From: Anaeramoeba ignava BMAN
Taxonomy: Eukaryota; Protista; Anaeramoebae
NCBI GenBank assembly: GCA_028826165.1
Contig: JAPDFW010000108.1
Location: 1 to 64,000 of the forward strand
Direction of reading: 5' to 3'
DNA length: 64,000 bases
Shown here: one piece after another, positions 1 through 12,647 of the stretch
How positions within the stretch are numbered: the first letter of the stretch is position 1
Layout: every line of letters starts with the position of its first letter
Made by a program: the position numbers and the translations under genes
The notes under the pieces: generated by a model
What the model saw: only the letters and a program-made list of their open reading frames with translations
Told to the model about the DNA's origin: nothing
Databases searched by the model: none

Positions 1-1968
1 ATAGAGATACACACGTTGTTGGAGGAATTGATGAATTGGAATCATTAGCTTATTTTCATTATCTACCAAATTGTACAGATTTCAAACAATTTAATCATTT
101 GGATTTATAGATTTATATGAATTTTCCGAATGTGGCTGTTGCCTTTTAGATTCTTCTGTCCAAAATATTTTATTGGATTAATGATTCAAATGTCAACATA
201 ATACTTAGCTTACAAGCATTGAGATTTGAAGACCAATCATAATTAAATCGTTTATAGATTTCCATGAACATCATCATCAGCATCATCAGGAAGGAGTAGT
301 GTGCAAGTATCATCAACAATACAATAATACAATGTTAAAAGTAAGAATTGATAATCTAAATCAAATTGGTTTGTCATTGGCATATGTTGACGATTATTAT
401 GTTTGGATTCATTTCTCAAATTAATTTTACTTGCATTGAAAAGTCAATTGATAATTTGGCATAATAATAATAAACATGATGGCCTTCTTTCACAGACACA
501 ACGCCATCATTTGGTTACAAGATGAAATGGAGAGAGACTTGATTGATTTACTAATTACTCAATGTAACAGTACATGAGTAAATCTGTGAAATTTCCAATC
601 TAGAAATAATCTCCAAAATTACATATATACATATGAAATTTGACGACAAATGCAACCTGGCTGAACAAATGTAGTGTGAAAATGAGTAGCACCATTGATC
701 CACTATATAAAATCTCAACTAAAGCTCCAACAACAACACCAAATAAAGAAATAATAAGAGCATTGTAGATGGAAGAAAACCCAAACATTTGGCCAATGGA
801 TATTCCTCTCTAACGACAATAGTGGTGGTGTGGTGGTGGTGCAGGTAGGTGAGAGAACAGTGCAGAGTACTTGAAATTCCCTAATTCCTCTCCAAATTTT
901 AGATTGTAAATAATAAATATAAAGGAAATTTCTTGACAAAACAAATTTCTAATTGCATAATTTGACATTTGTCACGAGATTCTTCATGATTTATTCATGT
1001 ACTGAGTACACTTATTGATTTCTCACTGACCAATCATTTGAATTAAACGGTGAAACGGTGTTCTCTTCTTCAATTCAATCAAATCACTGGATTTTCTGCA
1101 TCAAAACACCACACCAATCACACACAATGACAGACACAAATGTGTGGGTGGTAGGTGGACCAAAAGGGTGGGAATCACTCAACACAACACACTACAAGAC
1201 ACGCACAGACACATAATAGACACACATACCTTTACATAAAAGTTCTAAAATCAAACTGCGTGCGTGCGTGCGTGCAAAAGTGCGCAGTGCGCGCGCAGCA
1301 AATCGGCAACCACACATTTAAAATAAAATGAAAAGAGAACAAATTAAATTGTCTCCTTCCATCATCCACTGACTACTGATGATGAATGATGGATGAGGAT
1401 GAATGGGAATGGGATAAACTAGATAATAAGAATGGTGAGGTGGTTATATGTAGACAGATTGATTTTCACATGGCATTCTCTTTTAATACTTCAATTTGCT
1501 TTTCAGATTTAACTAATTATGTTATGCTTCTCTTTATAAAAGAATACAATATAGCATTTATTCATCATCACCAATTATTGGGCTCAAATAGATATGAATC
1601 TTAACTTAGGGTAGGGAAATTATTGTTAGTAGAGGTGTGGGAAGTTTGGTCAATATTTTCTTCTGCTTGATCCATCAACATACATATTAAGAAAGATATT
1701 ATGATATTCCACGACCACTGACGCGCAGATGAAGGAAAACGATATGCCGATTATTGATCCCACCTTAGTGTGCGCGCGGCGCGTGCGCGCGCAGCGCGCG
1801 CGCGCGCGCGCGGCGCGCGGCGCGCGCGAGCGCGCGCGCGCGCGACGCATTATCTTCTTCCGCCTTCCGACTTTCCTTCCAGAATGGGAGGGAACTAATC
1901 CGCCTGTAACCAACCCAACCTAGAACTGAATCAACTAATCAGATCTTCAAGTATATATAAGTATAAAG
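1..1968. other. Compositionally foreign segment (possible end of a mobile or viral element) with CG-rich islands
   Basis: Lacks the poly-A/poly-T tracts and AT hexamer repeats of every other non-coding region in the window. Contains CA/GT-rich tracts (820-850, 1105-1230) and two CG-rich islands (1256-1298, 1768-1849). No convincing long ORF; a frame open from the window edge ends at TAG 108-110. Confidence 0.4.
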
Positions 1969-4900
1969 GAAAACAATAACACTAATTATTATTCTTTCAA
2001 TTGATTTTGTTGGAGATGATGTTATTTGGAGATCACTTACAATTATTTTACTTTCTACTTTTTTCATTTTTACATTTGGAGTTGCAATTAGATATTTACT
2101 TGAAGGAACAAAAGTGAATGAAGATAAAATTGGAATTAAGTAATTCTTTTCTTTATTTTCTTATTTGGATATTATTAACTGATTATTTCAAAAACAAAAA
2201 AAAATTAGTTTGAATTTCTTCAAATTTCCAAATGAAACTATGCTTTATTCTTTCAAACCTTTTACTGCAGAAGTAAATTATTATTTTTTCTTTCATTTTT
2301 TCATTTTATTTTTTTATTTTTGATTTTAGTTAAGAGTTTCCAAAAAATATAAAAGTGATGGAATACAAAATTGTAAAGTAACTGTAAGAGGATTTCCTTT
2401 AGATTCTAATCAAATTTATGAAACAAATGATTTGAGTTTGATTCAAGTGAAAGAAAATATCAAAAATGAAATTATAATATCAGGAGATACAATTCAATAT
2501 TCTGATGAAGATGGATTTGTGAAATTTTCAAATCTTTCAATTATTTCAGGTCCAAGTATCACAATTAATTTAACATTTTTTGCAGAATGTGAAATTGAAA
2601 ATGAATTCAAAATGAATGGACCTTGTAAATATTTTGTTTAAATTAATTAAATTTTAATTTCAATTTGAAATATCCTTTTTGATAAAAAATTTATTTTGAA
2701 AAATTTTCTTAATTTAGCTGAAAATATTCAAATAGAATCAAATCTTCAAACTGCTCAAGATTCTTTTCCCCTTATGATGTTGCAATCAGGTACTTAATTT
2801 AAATTCAATTCAATTCAATTCAATTCAAATCAAATTAAATTCAAATTTTCTTTCTTTTTCTTTTTCTTTTGAAGTTGAGGGTTTTTATTTTTTAGAAAAT
2901 GAAACATTAGATACCCAAAAATACAATTTTGAAGAAGAAATTTCATTATTTTTTGGAATTGATAAAGATCCATATTCAGAAAGTTTCTTTGATTGGAATA
3001 ATATTATCTTCTTTCCTCTTCCAGGAAATAGGACTTGGTCTTTTCCTGAATATGAACCTTATTGTAAAAATAAATTTCCTTTTTTTTCTTTGAATATTTA
3101 AATTTGAGGAAAAAGGAAATATTTATTTTCAAATTAAATCAAAAATTCAAATCCAAAATCAAAAATTATTTAGTGTTTACAAATTTAATTTCATCTTCTC
3201 TTTTCCCAAATTCCTTATTTGAAACTGTTAAAATGAATTATTTATTCAGTGGAGCAACTTCAAAAAGAATGAATTTAACAACTTTTTATCAAGGAAATCA
3301 AATGAAAATTTATGGTGATTCACAGTTATCTGATTCCTCTCGTTATTTTATTTTGAATTTTGAAACAAATGGTTTGCAATTTATTATTTCTTTTTTTTAT
3401 TATTTTTAGATTTAAAAATTAAAAATTTAAAATTTAAAATTAAAATAGTTTCCAAAATTGAAATTATTGAAAATGGATCTTTTAGTGTTAAAGAAGGAGA
3501 AATATTTTCAAAACCTTGGGAAATTAAAATTCAAAATAATGAAAGTATTCCAATTCAAAATAAACCAATTTTTGCAAAAATTTCCAAACAATGTGATATT
3601 GAAATTTCAGAAAATCAATCTCCTATTCAAAATTCTAAAGTTCTTTTAAATCCTATTGCTTTTACAAATGAATTTGGAATGTAAAAAATTTATCAAAAAA
3701 AAAGAGAAAATTAATATAAAAATTAATACAAAAATTAATATAAATTGATTGATTTAAATTGAATAATTTTAGAGCAACTTTTTCAGATTTAAAATTTTCA
3801 GTTTCAGGATTAACAAGAAATAATTGTTCATTTAAAATTAAATTTATTTCAGATGGAATTTCTATTGAAACTGATAATATTCAAGTTAATTCATCAGTTA
3901 ATAGATTTATTTTTCCTTTAACTGATTATTATTTTTGGATTTATTTGTATTCTAATGGTACGCTTGATTACCTTTTATATTGACTATATTGTTCAAGTTC
4001 AAGATGAATTTGGGAAAGCAATTCCAAATAAATTAATTACTTTAACTTGTTCAAATTTTACATTTCAACCTTATCAATTTATTACAGATCAAAATGGATT
4101 TGTTGTTTTATATTTAGATTATCCTTTAATTATTTCAAAAGATTTTGAATATGATGATGACTATTATTATTCTTATCAAAATTGTAGTGTTATTTCTGAT
4201 GATATCAAATCAGATGAATTTACAATATCTTTGGAAATGTACGGAGAACCTGAATTGAATTCAACTTTTATTGGAAAAATCAATATAACAAATTGGAATG
4301 AAAATATAACATCAGGAGAATTGATAAATTTGAATATTTCTATTCATAATCATTTTGGAAATGTAATTTCAAATGAAAGTTATAATTTAACAGGATTTAT
4401 TAATCCAGGAGATTTACCAATGGGATATTTAATTTATCCTGAAGAAGGATATTGGAATATTACAAATGGAGAAGGAATAATTTCAACAAAAATTTATGGA
4501 ATTTCAATGAGAACTGAATTATGTTTATTAATTGGAAAAGATTATATTCCTGATTTTGAAAATTATGATTGGAAAGAATGTTTTGAAATGAGTTTATTAA
4601 ATGATATTGAAAAAGTTGAAATTTCACATTTTCCAAATCCAAATCAAATGTTCATACCTGGTCAACTTTTTGGAAATGAATCAATTAAATTGAAAGTAAT
4701 TGGAAATAATATTTCAGAAACTAATTTAACTGTTCATAGTCTTGCTTTAAATGTAAATGATTATTATGAAGAATTTTTTGGAATAAATTCAAGTGAAATT
4801 ATAAAAAATGAAACAAATAATTTATTTGAATCTATTTATCAATTAAATGGAACAGGTTTGTATTATTTAATAATAAATATTATTTAAATTCTTTAAATCC

Positions 4901-7900
4901 AAAAAAAAAATTAATTTTATTTATTTAAATTTAAAATTTAAATTTAAATTAGATGAATTAATTTTGGATAATTTTAGAATAAATCAACAATCAATTTATG
5001 ATTCAAAAAATGAAGAATTTAATCCTTTCAATTTAATAATTTTTGTAAATGGAATTCCTTCAAATTCCGAAATTCCTGTTAAACTTTGTTTTCCTCATAA
5101 ATCTTTGAATTTAAATGTAACTTGGAATACATCTATTCCATTTGTATCAGGATATAAGAGAATTCCATCTCAACCAATTTTACAAATTACTGATTCAATA
5201 ACAGGAAATCCAATTCAAGGATATTATGCTTATTTTTCAATTTTGGATGATTCAGTTGAAATAATAGATTTTAATACAGGAATAATTGGAGATATTTTAA
5301 GTACAACACCTTCAGATATAAATGGATATGTTACTTGGAATATTTCTTTTCTCAAAATTACAGAATCAAAACAAATTCAAGGAATATTTTGGATTTCAGA
5401 TTGTGAATATCAATCACCTTATAATAATATTAACAGTAAATTCGTTTATTTCAATGTTTCAACTGAAGAATTTGATTGGAAATTTTTTGATATTCCTTCT
5501 GAAAAGTTTGGGTCTCAACCTTCCACAGCTTCTCCTCAAGTATTTGTTTTTAATCCAACTACACATCAACCTATTCCGAATAAATATGTTACCATTGACT
5601 ATATTGGTTATTATGAGGAATATTTTTATTCGAGAACAGAAATTACAAATGAAAATGGATTTGCAATATTTTCAGATTTAATTATTAATCCAGATACATA
5701 TTGGAACGATCAATATCTCGTTTTTGGGTGTGATGAAAAATCCAATGAAGTGGAAATATCTCAAGTGTGGATAACTGATTTGAACCTTTTATCCTTCATT
5801 TCTTTTCCAATAAGTGGAATTCCCAGTTATTCATGGGTCATTCGGGATCTTCCAACAGTTAATGGAAAAAGATATTTTGGTTCATATATTGTTCAACTTT
5901 TTGCTTCCTCAATTCCAGTTTCTGGAGAACCAATAATTGCTGAAACTTATTCCTACGATCCAGATCAGCCAAGCACTTGCAAAATAGATCCTTCAACTTC
6001 AATTCAAACAACTGATGAAAATGGAATTGCAGTTTTTAATTTAATCATCGAATCAGGAACTTCAGAATATTGTGAATTTCGTTTTTCTTATTATGATATT
6101 CTTTATTCTGGTTCCATTGGAACATATATCTCAAATCCGATTGAAAAAGTAATCATACAATCTGAAAATATCCCAAATGAATTGGAAATGGGAGAAACTT
6201 TTTCAGTAAAAATTGAACTAACATTTAAGCAATATTATGAAAAGATGAAAAATATTTCTTTTCCAATTCAAATTATTACAAAATGTTCAAATGCTTCTTA
6301 TTCAAGTGATAATATGATGACAAATGTAAATGGAGAAACAATTTTAAACAATTTAAAATTTTATTCAGTTTCAGGAGATGCAGAATGTTTAGATAAAGAA
6401 GGAAAAGTAAAAGCAGAAATTGCATTTTCAGTTTTAGGAATTCAATCAAATTTTCAAACAATTTTAATTCCTTCTCCTGATAAAATTGATGCTAGAAAAG
6501 CAATGAATTCACTTAAACAATCAATTCTTTTTTGGGTTGTTAGTTTATGTCTTATTTTTCCATTTGTTCTTAATTCAACAAAAAATCATAATATTATCAC
6601 ATTTATTGTTGTTATTGGATTAATTGCAGTTTTACTTGCATTTATTACTAAATTAATTCCAAAAGCAGATAAAATTGAAACAAGACAATTTGTTGCTTTA
6701 TCAGCTTTTGAAGCAATTCTTATTAGCATTTCTCTTTTGATTTTATTGATTATTATTTTATCAAGATTTATTCCAAAATTTAGAAAATTAATTGAAAAAA
6801 CATTTTTTACTCATGAAAGAATATCAAATTATTTTATTCTTTTCAAAAGATTACTTCCAATAGGAGCAAAAAAATCATTAAAATTTAAAGAAATTGAACA
6901 ACTCTTTATTAATAAAAAAATTTATTCAGAATCAGAATCAGATAAAGAAAAAGATAAAGATAAAGATAAAGATAAAGATAAAGATAAAGATAAAGATGAA
7001 ATTGAATTAGAATCTTTTTCAGAAAATGAAAAATTGAAAGAAAATATTAAAGAGAAGAAATTTTCACAATTAACAGAAACAGAAATTCAATTTGTGATTG
7101 AAAAATATTCTCAAAATTTAGAAAATCAAAATCAAAATCAAAATCAAAATCAAAATCAAAATGAAAATGAAAAGAAATCAAAAAATAAATGTTCAATTTT
7201 TTGGAATTGGATTGTTGGATTATTTAAAAAATTAATCAAAAAAATCAAATCAAAATTTGAAGAAAAACCAAATCCACATAAAGAATATGAAAATTATTTT
7301 GATTTTTATTATCCACAAAGAATGATTGCTTCATTTTGGCTTTGGATTGTATTAGTTATTTTATTGATTTTACTTGTAACAAAATTAATAAGAAATGCAT
7401 GTTTAAGTGTTCAATTATATAGACAAGAAATTATTTCAAATGTTCAACAAAAGTAATTGTTGTGAAAATATACCAAATTTAGATCTTGATTATCAATATC
7501 CATTTTCATTTTATGGATTTCAAATACTTCAAGAACTTAATTCAAGTTGTTCGACTAATCCAAATCCTTTTCCAAATTCATTTTCAAGATTTGTTTATCC
7601 ATTTTCAAGAACAAAAACTAATCAAATTATTAATTCAATTTCAATTATTTCAGGAATTTCAGCATTAATTGCATTTATTATTCTTCTTTTACTTTGGAGA
7701 TCAATTTTCAATTTATATAAGAAAAGAATAATGATTTTAAGACAAGGAAAAAAACCATTTCCAGAATTTAATACAGCAAATCCAGTTAAAGTAACTTCAT
7801 ATACAAATTTACAAGTTTGGTTAGGATTAATTTCATTTCTTTTAGCTTGGATTTTTGTTTTCATAATTTTGTTTATTATTCCAGCAATTTATTGGTTTGT

Positions 7901-8588
7901 TTCAAAAGAATTTCTTTATATGTTATTAAGATATTTGTTATATTTTATCATAATTGTTATTGTTTATCAAATCATTTTTGGAATTCTTATTCAAAAAATA
8001 ATGATGAAATATTTCACTGATAAAAAGATAATAATTGATAGAACAGCATTTTCAATTTATGATTTTCTTAAATTTTTTATGACAATATTTTCAGGAGCAA
8101 CTTCATCAATTAAAAAATTATTTGGAATTGGAGGAGGATCAATTTTATCAATATTCAGACTTGATGATAAAACAAAATTTGATGAATCTTATGCAGCAAT
8201 GATGTTAATTGATCATCAAACAAATAATCCAATCCTCAGAATTTTTTCAAATTATTTAATTCAATTTGTTAGTTCAAGAAAGATAATATTTCAAAAAAGA
8301 ATTTCAAAAGAAAACAATGAAAATCTTGAAGATACAGAACAAGAACAAGAACTTAATGTTATTAAATATCATCCAATTACTCATGAACCAATTCAAAAAG
8401 AAAAAATTAGAAAAATATTTTTACTTCTTCTTACACTTTCATCAAACAAAAATTTAAAAGAATTAAGAAAAAAAGCAATTAAAATTGAAAAAAGAAAACA
8501 AAAATTCCAGAATGAAAAAGAAGAAAAAATGCAAAGAATGGTTCAAAAAAATTTAAAACAAAAAGAAGAAAGTAAAAAAGAGAAATAA
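1969..8588 (+). CDS. STRA6-like (RBP-receptor family) polytopic membrane protein with a large ectodomain carrying Ig-like (Big-1-like) repeats; multi-exon, 5' end not found
   Basis: Exons join in frame through GT-AG introns (2140-2208, 2273-2329, ~2625-2717, ~2790-2874, ~3065-3173, ~3372-3448, ~3681-3772, ~4857-4952). The C-terminal TM region has STRA6-family-like motifs (YYPQRMIASF, SIFRLD, YAAMMLIDHQTNNPILRIF, LLLTLSSNKNLKELRKK). One apparent +1 A frameshift at ~7450 joins ORFs 4964-7456 and 7407-8588. Confidence 0.7.
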
Positions 8589-8744
8589 TTTTTTTTTCTT
8601 TTTTTCAAATTCCACTTTTTTTTTTTTCAAATTTTCAAAAAGAAAATAAAAAGAAAATAAAAAGAAAATAAAAATTATTTTTTAGTTCGATTTAAACATC
8701 AAGTTTAATTTAATATTTAATTAAGAAATAAATTTAGAAATAAA

Positions 8745-11700
8745 TTTAAAATAAATTATTATTAATTATTATTAAAATTAAATATTTATTTTTATTAAAA
8801 TATTTATTCTACTTTTTTTAATATATTTTATTTTGAATTAATTAATAAATAAAAATATTAATTTAATAAATAATATTATTATTTTAAATTAAAATAAAAT
8901 AAATTTAAATTAAATTATTGTTAATTATTATTAAAATTAAATATTTATTTTTATTAAAATATTTATTCCACTTTTTAATATATATTATTTTGAATAAATA
9001 AATAAATAAAAATATTAATTTAATAAATAATATTATTATTTCAAATTAAAATAAAATAAATTTAAAAATAAATTATTATTAATTATTATTAAAATTAAAT
9101 ATTTATTTTTATTAAAAATATTTATTCTACTTTTTAATATATTTTATTTTTGAATTAATTAATAAATAAAAATATTAATTTAATAAATAATATTATTATT
9201 TTAAATTAAAATAAAATAAATTTAAATTAAATTATTGTTAATTATTATTAAAATTAAATATTTATCTTTATTAAAATATTTATTCCACTTTTTAATATAT
9301 TTTATTTTGGATTAATAAATAATTAAAAATATTAATTTAATAAATAATATTACTATTTTAAATTAAAATAAAATAAATCTAAAATAAATTATTATTAATT
9401 ATTATTAAAATTAAATATTTATTATTATTAAATTATTTATTCCACTTTTTAATATATATTATTTTGAATAAATAAATAATTAAAAATATTAATTTAATAA
9501 ATAATATTATTATTTTAAATTAAAATAAAATAAATCTAAAATAAAGTATTATTAATTATTATTAAAATTAAATATTTATTTTTATTAAAATATTTATTCT
9601 ACTTTTTAATATATTTTATTTTTGAATTAATAAATAAATAAAAATATTAATTTAATAAATAATATTATTATTTTAAATTAAAATAAATTAAATTTAAAAT
9701 AAATTATTATTAATTATTATTAAAATTAAATATTTATCTTTATTAAAATATTTATTCTACTTTTTTAATATATATTATTTTGAATAAATAAATAAATAAA
9801 AATATTAATTTAATAAATAATATTATTATTTTAAAATAAAATAAAATAAATTTAAAATAAATTATTATTAATTATTATTAAAATTAAATATTTATTTTTA
9901 TTAAAAATATTTATTCTACTTTTTTTAATATATTTTGAATTAATAAATAAATAAAAATATTAATTTAATAAATAATATTATTATTTTAAATTAAAATAAA
10001 ATAAATTTAAAATAAATTATTATTAATTATTATTAAAATTAAATATTTATTATTATTAAAATATTTATTCCACTTTTTAATATATATTATTTTGAATTAA
10101 TAAATAAAAATATTAATTTAATAAATAATATTATTATTTTAAATTAAAATAAAATAAATTTAAAAATAAAAAGTATTATTAATTATTATTAAAATTAAAT
10201 ATTTATTTTTATTAAAATATTTATTCCACTTTTTAATATATTTTATTTTTGAATTAATAAATAAATAAAAATATTAATTTAATAAATAATATTATTATTT
10301 TAAATTAAAATAAAATAAATTTAAATTAAATTATTATTAATTATTATTAAAATTAAATATTTATTTTTTATTAAAATATTTATTCTACTTTTTTTTAATA
10401 TATTTTATTTTGAATTAATAAATAATTAAAAATATTAATTTAATAAATAATATTATTATTTCAAATTAAAATAAATTAAATCTAAAAATAAATTATTGTT
10501 AATTATTATTAAAATTAAATATTTATTTTTATTAAAATATTTATTCTACTTTTTTTAATATATTTTATTTTGAATAAATAAATAAATAAAAATATTAATT
10601 TAATAAATAATATTATTATTTTAAATTAAAATAAAATAAATTTAAAATAAATTATTGTTAATTATTATTAAAATTAAATATTTATTTTTATTAAAATATT
10701 TATTCTACTTTTTAATAAATATTATTTTGAATAAATAAATAAATAAAAATATTAATTTAATAAATAATATTATTATTTCAAATTAAAATAAAATAAATTT
10801 AAAATAAATTATTATTAATTATTATTAAAATTAAATATTTATTTTTATTAAAAATATTTATTCTACTTTTTAATATATAATATTTTGGATTAATAAATAA
10901 TTAAAAATATTAATTTAATAAATAATATTATTATTTTAAATTAAAATAAAATAAATTTAAATTAAATTATTATTAAATATTATTAAAATTAAATATTTAT
11001 TTTTATTAAAATATTTATTCTACTTTTTTAATATATTTTATTTTGAATTAATAAATAAATAAAAATATTAATTTAATAAATAATAATATTATTTTAAATT
11101 AAAATAAAATAAATTTAAATTAAATTATTATTAATTATTATTAAAATTAAATATTTATTTTTATTAAAATATTTATTCCACTTTTTAATATATTTTATTT
11201 TGAAATAATAAATAATTAAAAATATTAATTTAATAAATAATATTATTATTTTAAATTAAAATAAAATAAATTTAAAATAAATTATTATTAAATATTATTA
11301 AAATTAAATATTTATTTTTATTAAAATATTTATTCCACTTTTTTAATATATATTATTTTGAATTAATAAATAAATAAAAATATTAATTTAATAAATAATA
11401 TTATTATTTTAAATTAAAATAAAATAAATTTAAAATAAATTATTATTAATTATTATTAAAATTAAATACTTATCTTTATTAAAATATTTATTCTACTTTT
11501 TTTAATATATATTATTTTGGATTAATAAATAAATAAAAATATTAATTTAATAAATAATATTATTATTTTAAATTAAAAATAAAATAAATTTAAAATAAAT
11601 TATTATTAAATATTATTAAAATTAAATATTTATTTTTATTAAAATATTTATTCTACTTTTTAATATATTTTATTTTGAATTAATAAATAAATAAAAATAT

Positions 11701-12470
11701 TAATTTAATAAATAATATTATTATTTCAAATTAAAAATAAATTAAATCTAAAATAAATTATTGTTAATTATTATTAAAATTAAATATTTATTTTTATTAA
11801 AATATTTATTCTACTTTTTAATATATTTTATTTTGAATTAATAAATAAATAAAAATATTAATTTAATAAATAATATTATTATTTCAAATTAAAATAAAAT
11901 AAATCTAAATTAAATTATTATTATTATTATTTAAAATTAAATATTTATTATTATTAAAATATTTATTCTACTTTTTAATATATATTATTTTGAATTAATA
12001 AATAATTAAAAATATTAATTTAATAAATAATATTATTATTTTAAATTAAAATAAAAATAAATTTAAATTAAATTATTATTAATTATTATTAAAATTAAAT
12101 ATTTATTTTTTATTAAAATATTTATTCTACTTTTTTTAATATATTTTATTTTGGATTAATAAATAATTAAAAATATTAATTTAATAAATAATATTATTAT
12201 TTTAAATTAAAATAAAATAAATTTAAATTAAATTATTGTTAAATATTATTAAAATTAAATATTTATTTTTATTAAAATATTTATTCCACTTTTTTTAATA
12301 TATTTTATTTTTGAATTAATAAATAAATAAAAATATTAATTTAATAAATAATATTATTATTTTAAATTAAAATAAAATAAATTTAAAATAAATTATTATT
12401 AAATATTATTAAAATTAAATATTTATCTTTATTAAAATATTTATTCCACTTTTTTTAATAAATATTATTA
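8745..12470. repeat. AT-rich tandem satellite, ~158-bp monomer, 24 copies
   Basis: The core TATTCYACTTTTT recurs at 8809, 8968, 9127, 9285, 9442 ... 12127, 12286, 12446 (spacing 154-161 bp). Monomers are near-identical and almost entirely A/T. Confidence 0.95.
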
Positions 12471-12647
12471 AAATTAAAAATAAAATGAAAATGAAAAAAG
12501 ATTATGTTTCGGTTTTTGTTTGTAATTTGTGATTGTTTAATTATTCTTTTGGTTAAATCCTAAAAAAGAAAAAAGAAAAAAGAAAAAAAAAAGAAAAAGA
12601 AAAAGAAAAAGAAATTGAAAAAAGTGTTTTTTTTTTGATTCAGAAAG

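Noticed and set aside
1650-1923. Arg/Ala-rich ORFs on both strands (87 aa and 64 aa)
   Set aside because: By-products of the stop-free (CG)n tract; no protein-like features.
1-1968. rRNA, tRNA or group II intron
   Set aside because: No recognisable rRNA conserved blocks, cloverleaf or domain-V consensus were found by eye; a covariance-model search is still needed to exclude them.
7400-7490. Stop-codon readthrough, alternative genetic code or a tiny intron at the STRA6-like ORF break
   Set aside because: The two ORFs are in different frames. Removing one A from CAACAAAAGT restores the frame, whereas the nearby 30-nt GT-AG candidate leads to a stop. Genes elsewhere end in TAA, TAG and TGA normally.
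8745-12470. CRISPR-like array
   Set aside because: The whole monomer repeats, there are no unique spacers and no cas genes, and the context is eukaryotic.
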